Source: Candidatus Helarchaeota archaeon
GTDB lineage: Archaea; Asgardarchaeota; Lokiarchaeia; Helarchaeales; RDOG01
DNA length: 64,000 bases
Direction: 5' to 3'
NCBI GenBank assembly: GCA_019058315.1
Contig: JAHPZH010000002.1
Coordinates: 544,001 to 608,000, forward strand
In this document: positions 58,201 to 64,000 of the stretch, piece by piece
How positions within the stretch are numbered: position 1 is the first letter of the stretch
Layout: each line of letters starts with the position of its first letter
Notes under the pieces: model-generated
Told to the model about the DNA's origin: nothing
The model's input: the letters and a program-made list of their open reading frames with translations, nothing else
The model's database searches: none
Made by a program: the position numbers and the translations under genes

Positions 58201-61062
58201 TTCACCGTCTATTTCTGTAGATTCGCTAAATAATTCAATAGTAAAATTATGAGAACCTGTATAACACCAGCCAAAGTAATCTGAAAAACCAATCTTATAA
58301 TAAAAATTACTCCCATCTCTTGACATTTCAAATTCATTTGTAGTATATGGTGGTTTATCGTCATATGTAGGATAATCTGCGTCGATTGTAATATTCGCTG
58401 TTTCATAATAATTAACAGGTGTACCCCAATGATCATCAGTCCAAGTGATATTTATATACAAAGGGTCTCCGTCCAATGTTATATTTGCAGGTTTATTAAG
58501 ATCTGAGCCATTACCAACCAAACCAGAGTCTACTTGGCTAAACATTACTTCCGTAGTAGTAGTTCTTCTTCGTACATCCATAACTATAGTAACATGTCCA
58601 ACTTCAGTAATTTGCCCAGGTGTGAGGGAATTATTCCACCATAGTACATAAATCCATTTTCCTGGTATTGAATCAAGAGGAATTACCCAAGGTGTAGAAT
58701 ATGTCACTGAAGTTCCAACATCAAATTTTTGATTATGCTCAATACCAAAATTTCCTGTAAAATCTGGTCCCGTCCTCGAAGCATTCATTATTGTCATATT
58801 CAAATATCCGTTATCATCAAATGCCTTTACTCGCAACCTTGTGTTGTTAGTAGGATAAACGATTGAACGATTGGTCCAGCCACCAGTATCCTCTTGAATG
58901 CGGATACTTGAAATTGTATCATTCAATTTATTGGGTGAAGATGCAGTAAATGTATAAAGTGTATTTGAAGTTGACCCAGTAACCCTCAAAGTACCAACAG
59001 CTGGTCTCGATGCAGTTTCTGTAGCATTTGTTATTGGATTGATATTGGTATAAGCGGCACCCCAATCATTAGGAACTCCAGTTATATCCATTTGTTCCGA
59101 ACTAGTTCTATTTTCCATTCTTTTTTGAGATGAATTCCATGTTAAATACCAATCATTTGTTGCATTTACTGCACATGAGAAGCTTGTAGTTGCAAGGGTA
59201 GTATTTGATTCCGCCATATATATATCACCATACCCGATAATTATATTTGTACTTCCTCTGCAGTAAGGATCGGTAATAACCCATTGGAATGAAGGTGTTG
59301 TACCACCATTATATGTTCCCGTCCAAGACCATGCTGCTCCCGAGTCAAAAGTTCCAGTACCAAAACCTGTATTCGTTACTGCAATATCACCTTGAACTGT
59401 TTCACGTAGATATAGCCCAACCTCATCTGGTCGGACAGAGGCAGTAAAATCAAACTTAAGATTATCAAAATCGAAGTTTAAATTTGAGTCAGTAAGCGGT
59501 CCCCAGTTATCTGTCCAGCGAATTGTTAATCTGAAGTAAAAGGAAGAAACAGCTCCAAATGTACCCAGGGGTATCTCAAGAGGTATTATAGCATCCGTAA
59601 TTGCATGCCAAGCATTATCTTTGACGAATAGACCATCATCATCTAATGAGTGAGTCCAAACATCTGCACCAGATGGACTAGAAGCTGTTGAAGACATATA
59701 AAGAACAGCCTCTGCATGATCACAAGCTGCAGTATTGCCCGTAGTATCATCCCAAAGAGCTGGTAATCTATAAGAAAATGTAAAGTTCCCATCTATTGTA
59801 TTTTTAAGATATTGATAAGTATCACTTTGAAATCCCGCTTCGCTGCCAGAAGAGAATTGACGTGCTTGGTTATAATTGATGGTTAAATAAACATAATCGA
59901 TATTACAGTCAATGTCTTGGTCATCATTTGAATTATCTGCATATAAATATGCATAGAATCGGAATTGAATCCTAAGATTAGTATTGTAGGTTGTTGATTG
60001 TAGAAGTGATGTTACATCCCAATTCTCAATATTATAACTTGATGTATCACCTTCAGTCCATACTTCATGGGATGAATAAGAAGAACCGCCATTGGTACTT
60101 AAATATACGTACAAATTAGCATCATTAGTACTAGCTGTATAACGAACTTCGCTGTTTACGATCGAACGTACACTTAAAGTTGCCCCTGTTATCTCATATC
60201 CTCCACCTAGACCTGTATTATAACCATGTTGAAAATTAGGTGATGTTATATAGAAATAATGAGTGTCACTATCTGCATGTTGAACAGTATCGTAATTACA
60301 CCAGATATCATGGTTCTCTAGAGTTGTATATCCATCTTCTTCAAGTTCAAACCAATAAGTGGATTCACCACCATACGTTGAATAGCCATAACTGCGAGAA
60401 CCTGTACTATGGTCACCAGTATCACTTGTACTCGATTCTGTAAAAGTCCAGTCGTCCGTTTGATCCATATCTGCATCGAATCCATCATCATCATCTAAAG
60501 TAACTGATCCAGAATCTTTTATTCCATCCATAGCTATTCTGACACTCCCTGATGTCCAAGTTTCACTCATTCTACTTAGATCAGCTGCTGGTCCTGATTC
60601 ATAAGCAGTCCAATTCTCAGTATCACTAGTAAACGGGTTGTTAAATGCATTTGGATGGTCTTCTATAAGAGAAATTACAGTTCCAAAAACCTTATTAGCA
60701 TCTTGTGAGGGAGTACCCCCATCTATAGGAATAGCGACAGGATTATTGTATCGTAAATTTGATGCGCTTGTAGCATATTCAATGACCTCATTAAATGTTT
60801 CAGTAACAGTATAAGTATCTCCAATACCTGTATAAGCAGGTGGGCCATATTCTTCGGAAAGTGTAACTAAATTAAGTTCATTATCATTAATAGGATTGGT
60901 TATCGTACCTGGATTATTATATTTGTAAAATGAACTATTTGGAAAAATTGGTAGATTATCATTAGCAAAAAGATAGGATGGTAAAAATGTAGCAAAAGAA
61001 AATACCAAAGTCATTGTTATTAAAGTTGATGTTAAAATTTTTCTTTTTGTAAAAATTTTCAT
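55270..61062 (-). CDS. Giant single-pass surface glycoprotein (1930 aa), distant paralog of 3919..9360
   Basis: Signal segment, beta-rich NxS/T-rich body, TM GAMILGVIGTVAVVGAY, ~135-aa tail; collinear motifs with 3919..9360. Confidence 0.85.
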   Translation of the reverse strand: MKIFTKRKILTSTLITMTLVFSFATFLPSYLFANDNLPIFPNSSFYKYNNPGTITNPINDNELNLVTLSEEYGPPAYTGIGDTYTVTETFNEVIEYATSASNLRYNNPVAIPIDGGTPSQDANKVFGTVISLIEDHPNAFNNPFTSDTENWTAYESGPAADLSRMSETWTSGSVRIAMDGIKDSGSVTLDDDDGFDADMDQTDDWTFTESSTSDTGDHSTGSRSYGYSTYGGESTYWFELEEDGYTTLENHDIWCNYDTVQHADSDTHYFYITSPNFQHGYNTGLGGGYEITGATLSVRSIVNSEVRYTASTNDANLYVYLSTNGGSSYSSHEVWTEGDTSSYNIENWDVTSLLQSTTYNTNLRIQFRFYAYLYADNSNDDQDIDCNIDYVYLTINYNQARQFSSGSEAGFQSDTYQYLKNTIDGNFTFSYRLPALWDDTTGNTAACDHAEAVLYMSSTASSPSGADVWTHSLDDDGLFVKDNAWHAITDAIIPLEIPLGTFGAVSSFYFRLTIRWTDNWGPLTDSNLNFDFDNLKFDFTASVRPDEVGLYLRETVQGDIAVTNTGFGTGTFDSGAAWSWTGTYNGGTTPSFQWVITDPYCRGSTNIIIGYGDIYMAESNTTLATTSFSCAVNATNDWYLTWNSSQKRMENRTSSEQMDITGVPNDWGAAYTNINPITNATETASRPAVGTLRVTGSTSNTLYTFTASSPNKLNDTISSIRIQEDTGGWTNRSIVYPTNNTRLRVKAFDDNGYLNMTIMNASRTGPDFTGNFGIEHNQKFDVGTSVTYSTPWVIPLDSIPGKWIYVLWWNNSLTPGQITEVGHVTIVMDVRRRTTTTEVMFSQVDSGLVGNGSDLNKPANITLDGDPLYINITWTDDHWGTPVNYYETANITIDADYPTYDDKPPYTTNEFEMSRDGSNFYYKIGFSDYFGWCYTGSHNFTIELFSESTEIDGELDSRKINGSFFVMVDIRIEPTFPNPLPVIDEYDQGDPLNLLVYIYDESHNKLIDNNSFGSEYYGLVTVNWSLVLGNATIKNLIRTLWAQNETSGLLSQKVPGTFDAVIDIDSACEATDEGSSNWWEQYYYLNFSVTIARNDSLDWEFEQVYLMNESTTSDERMVGTPYEKLKWVKFSVEEAEYKFVVSSDVTWAEDPIQQTDIDVYWYDWDNDNITIYVRYYGLEDDISRPFSGLNSHVGFVNSTYYNDSIALREGNVSYLRENLKRVNAGDVSIRSEAEGTAWNKDWIEAIPYRWTGDTGGHYSLVPEINTTDGYYTGNLIPWDINNNLTWGWYYQNFTVHKALARQYTLYITCQKLDKVWYNETMIGGANPPYKFGKVVKTLDIDVNDNPVVLIQRNNHLIHDTTDLKYYWNDILTLNLTAWDALNNGTVTADHPDGSWEVEGFDLEFDLIDMASPLTPINASINIPEINGKYVAAYSTYSLEAQEEAPGKEFKFKIIGDLQNYTIDDDGTPPIIPQKEITFFLNSRPTSLDGVDIGGVMEKTEDLGDILAIYENLTLDASGYKASPYLIPKNRIFTMSFFYNDTCTRNGGPINDAYAWINITEGAIPALPGIYWEDNLADNNDGIYNFTIDTTGLKINTEYRVTLSAKKVVTSETNYQQYKISPAERFFNIKVLPIPVVMEEAMYPVATQGELLFIVLKVTDPTATGNSPKNLRGANIEYEIKGPGINPLIPVLGFMVDMGNGLYITSLDTWDSFFDPKEPGMYIFEARLKGFSNSFDPNDDYGNYNDYDTAAMLTTNQRSLIININSAGPFGPLTGAMILGVIGTVAVVGAYSTYYTIRILRVPYPLRMIEDTDKKIKRRRKTHAGIMKSREQQITEEAEVKLSIFGVKLEPISPKKLPPPITKVIKKEELEKELSPLTEEQIKADLEKITDLTSEEKRLFLKEIKDLSPSDQREFIAGLKGETKEEETKKE

Positions 61063-61260
61063 TGATATCCCTTAATTTTTTGTTAATAATACGGTATATC
61101 AACTGAATACCTTAAAATGTTCATTTTTAATATGTATATAAATGTCTTTTGAAAAGTTCAAAAAATGCCTATTGAAAGAATAGAGCAAAAAAATAGTTAA
61201 TATGGCTAGAATTTCTTGATTTCTATTATCCAATTTTAATTTAAACAATTAATTTCATGT

Positions 61261-62778
61261 CTATATCCTTTTTCTTGAGAACTCTGCTTTTTTTTCCCTA
61301 TATTTTGCTTCGTCTTTATGTATTTCCAATTTATATAAAAATAGTAAATTGAATACTATTATGGTAGCAATAGAACCAATAATGAAAGTTTTTTTATAAA
61401 ATAATAGCGGATCTTCTTCGTTCCATATAAAAATATTTGTAAATGATGAATAATAATTAGAATGATTGTAGATCCTACATAAAACTATTAGAGGAATAAA
61501 TTGTTCAATTGCATATTTTCTAGAGTCATTTACACCAAATATTAGATTAAATCTTCTACAAAAATAATTATCAATTTTCATATTTTTTATGATGTGACTA
61601 ACCGAATTTAATATATAATTGCTATATGAGCTTAAATTAAAGTTTTCTGGTATCTCCAGAATAGATTTAAGAAAAATAGAAATATCGGAAGGTCTAACTA
61701 TAAAATATTGTCCAACGCCATTTCTAGAAGTGTTTCCTACAAATTGTTTGTAATTACTATTCCATAAGTATCTAATAATAAAATCTAAAGTGGGAACAAG
61801 GTAATCATCAATTAAACTAAAATTATTAAGAATAGTCACTGCTTTTGTAATTGCAGATATCCCACCCCCTTGGTGAGTTAGATATTTTGTATAACCTTTA
61901 GGTACTGGAATACTACCGTTCTTTAGACTATAGTGGTAAAAACCTCCATATAAATCATCATACAAATAGGTTAATAAAAAATTTAAACTTTTATTAGCAT
62001 ACTGTGCATAGGTAATATTACCAGTTGTCTTATAAGCTTCGAGTAAAGCAATTATTGGCCATTGTTGATACCATGATTCCTTTTCAGTATCAATTTGACC
62101 ATTGTAATAATATGTTCTATAAAAACTATTATTATCAGCATCCCATAAAGTAGTTATTAGAAAATTTAACATAGGAATAGCATAATTATTTAAATATGAA
62201 GCGTTATTTGTCAAATTGTAAGCATCTAATAGTGCTAATATTGTATATGCTTGATAAAAAGATATTTGTTCTGTTGAAGAATTAAAATCGCTAATTTTTA
62301 GAGTTGAAGGAAGTGAACCATTCTCGAAACACCAATGATAAACTCCATAATTTGATTTATTGAAAAGGTGTGTTAAAATATATTCTAAATTAGGGATAGA
62401 GTAATTATAATAATAGCTAAAATTATTAGTCAATTGAGAAATTTCTAACATTGTGAAATAGCTCCAAGCACAGTATGAAGTGTGAAATCTTCTTCCCTCT
62501 TCTTCAAACGAACCATCCTCGTTCTGAAAAGTAAAAAATGCCTCCTCTGCGGTTGACCATAAATTCTCCAATGTAAAATTTAAATTTTCAAATATAGAAG
62601 AATTCACCACAGTAGAATCCAAATTTTTAGCTATGGGTTTCTGGCCGGTATCGATAAAAATATGGGATTTTAAAGGGATTGATAGGGAATATATTAATAT
62701 AAATAAGTTAATAAACAGAATTAGGTTTAATCCTATTCCGATAATTATTTTTTTCTTTTTATTTTTCATTAAAACCAA
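61261..62778 (-). CDS. Membrane-anchored (alpha/alpha)6-barrel protein, AGE/GH76-like
   Basis: Repeats such as ILALLDAY..T.N..YL..A...LNFL...LWD, LYDDLYGGFY; N- and C-terminal hydrophobic segments. Confidence 0.65.
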   Translation of the reverse strand: MVLMKNKKKKIIIGIGLNLILFINLFILIYSLSIPLKSHIFIDTGQKPIAKNLDSTVVNSSIFENLNFTLENLWSTAEEAFFTFQNEDGSFEEEGRRFHTSYCAWSYFTMLEISQLTNNFSYYYNYSIPNLEYILTHLFNKSNYGVYHWCFENGSLPSTLKISDFNSSTEQISFYQAYTILALLDAYNLTNNASYLNNYAIPMLNFLITTLWDADNNSFYRTYYYNGQIDTEKESWYQQWPIIALLEAYKTTGNITYAQYANKSLNFLLTYLYDDLYGGFYHYSLKNGSIPVPKGYTKYLTHQGGGISAITKAVTILNNFSLIDDYLVPTLDFIIRYLWNSNYKQFVGNTSRNGVGQYFIVRPSDISIFLKSILEIPENFNLSSYSNYILNSVSHIIKNMKIDNYFCRRFNLIFGVNDSRKYAIEQFIPLIVLCRIYNHSNYYSSFTNIFIWNEEDPLLFYKKTFIIGSIATIIVFNLLFLYKLEIHKDEAKYREKKAEFSRKRI

Positions 62779-62927
62779 TTTATTTTATAATTCTGAATTT
62801 ATAAATATCTTATTTTCAAAGCTAAAATTAATGTATTTTTAAGAAGATCTGGATATAGCAATTTTATTTAAAGTATCGAATTTAAGTTCAAATATTAAAA
62901 TGATAATAGGAATTTGGAGCTTCATAA

Positions 62928-64000
62928 GTGAAAATATCTTTAGTTTTTCCAAATCGTAACATAGGTAGAAAAAAAAAACTTGACGCAGTTACTCCACCAT
63001 TAGGCTTGGCATATTTAGCTGCTATATTAGAAAAAAATAATTTTAAAATAAATATAATTGATTGTTATGCAGAAAATCTTGGATTTGATGATTTAAAAAA
63101 AATTATTAATGAAATAAAGCCTGATGTAGTTGGAATAACAACAAATGTTGATATTATCTATCATTCATTATTAACAGCTAAAATAATAAAAGAAATATTA
63201 CCAAACACAATAATTTTATTAGGGGGACCTCAGGCAACAAGCACTTATAAGTATCTATTAAAATACAATTTTATTGATTATATAGTTTTAGGAGAGGGTG
63301 AATATACTACTCTCGAATTACTACAAAAAATTAAAAATAATGAATCAGTCGAAACTGTAAAAGGAATAGCATTTAGGAAAAATAATAAGATTATTAGAAC
63401 TCAAGATAGAGGGTTCATTGAGAATTTAGATGAATTACCATTTCCAGCATGGCATTTTTTTCCAAATTTAAAAAAATATAAATATTTTACTTTAACTAAT
63501 AGGCCTTTGCCAATTTTAACAACACGTGGCTGTCCTTACAAATGTATTTACTGTACTAAATGTATTCATGGGTATAAAGTTAGATATAGAAGCCCTGAGA
63601 ATATAGTTGATGAAATTAAACACTGTATAAAGAAGTATAAGGTTAAAGAATTTGGGATTGCCGATGATCATTTTACATTTGATGCCAAAAGAACAATTAA
63701 ACTGTGCGATTTAATAATTAAATCCAAATTGAAGATAAAAATGACATTAAGTAATGGAATCCGTGTAGATACAATTTCAAAAAAATTGGTTAATAAATTA
63801 TATAGTGCTGGTTGTTGGTTCATTGCAATAGGAATCGAATCAGGAAATCAGCAGGTATTAAATAAAATTGGAAAAGAAATCAAACTTGAACAAATTACAA
63901 AAAGTATAAAGATTATAAAGCAAAAAAATATTATAGTTGCTGGGTATTTCATTATTGGCTTACCTTATGATAACCTAAAAACTATAAAGGATACAATAAA
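62928..64000 (+). CDS. B12-binding radical SAM protein, partial (runs off window end)
   Basis: Not in ORF track; GTG at 62928 after GGAG; MKISLVFP..PPLGLAYLAA, GGPQAT, GEGE, TRGCPYKCIYC, GIESG. Confidence 0.9.
   Translation, partial: MKISLVFPNRNIGRKKKLDAVTPPLGLAYLAAILEKNNFKINIIDCYAENLGFDDLKKIINEIKPDVVGITTNVDIIYHSLLTAKIIKEILPNTIILLGGPQATSTYKYLLKYNFIDYIVLGEGEYTTLELLQKIKNNESVETVKGIAFRKNNKIIRTQDRGFIENLDELPFPAWHFFPNLKKYKYFTLTNRPLPILTTRGCPYKCIYCTKCIHGYKVRYRSPENIVDEIKHCIKKYKVKEFGIADDHFTFDAKRTIKLCDLIIKSKLKIKMTLSNGIRVDTISKKLVNKLYSAGCWFIAIGIESGNQQVLNKIGKEIKLEQITKSIKIIKQKNIIVAGYFIIGLPYDNLKTIKDTI

Noticed and set aside
5449-60443. Numerous 60-125 aa ORFs in the track overlapping long genes (e.g. 5449, 7375, 16211, 20826-25773, 27830, 37429, 45908, 55472-60443)
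   Set aside because: Antisense or off-frame shadows of well-supported CDSs with no recognisable motifs.
62969-62978. A10 run near the radical SAM start as a phase-variation switch
   Set aside because: Reading frame is intact and A-runs are common at this base composition.

Overview
Very AT-rich archaeal DNA (roughly 30% GC, by eye) whose gene content points to an Asgard archaeon, most likely Lokiarchaeia (Loki/Helarchaeales-like); this is an inference from protein families, not from a marker gene. (1) 1-26 kb is a cluster of eukaryotic-signature and cell-surface genes: four longin-domain proteins, a roadblock-Rab-like GTPase fusion followed by an NPRL2 (GATOR1)-like gene, a Zn-finger/PH(GLUE)-like protein ending in a Vps23/TSG101 steadiness-box-like segment, ribophorin I next to a GPT/AglH operon, a wHTH-adaptin-appendage-longin fusion and two ~1800-aa single-pass surface proteins. 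(2) 26-48.5 kb is a glycan synthesis and decoration cluster (GT2, GT4, GT10, CgeB, methyltransferases, AsnB, SqdB-like with an unusual Cys-rich extension, nucleotide-sugar dehydrogenases, ABC exporter). (3) A tRNA-Gln(UUG) carries two BHB introns. (4) Housekeeping genes (Trm112, class V aminotransferase, DUF62, NadM, Ogt, RtcA), a third giant surface protein and a partial B12 radical SAM gene follow. The best candidate for an undescribed system is a set of giant glycosylated receptor-like proteins with mix-and-match conserved cytoplasmic tails, genomically linked to longin/DENN, GTPase-GAP-like, coat-appendage and ESCRT-I-like modules. No CRISPR, rRNA or mobile element was seen. All homology calls are by-eye motif matches; comparisons to eukaryotic proteins use remembered sequences.
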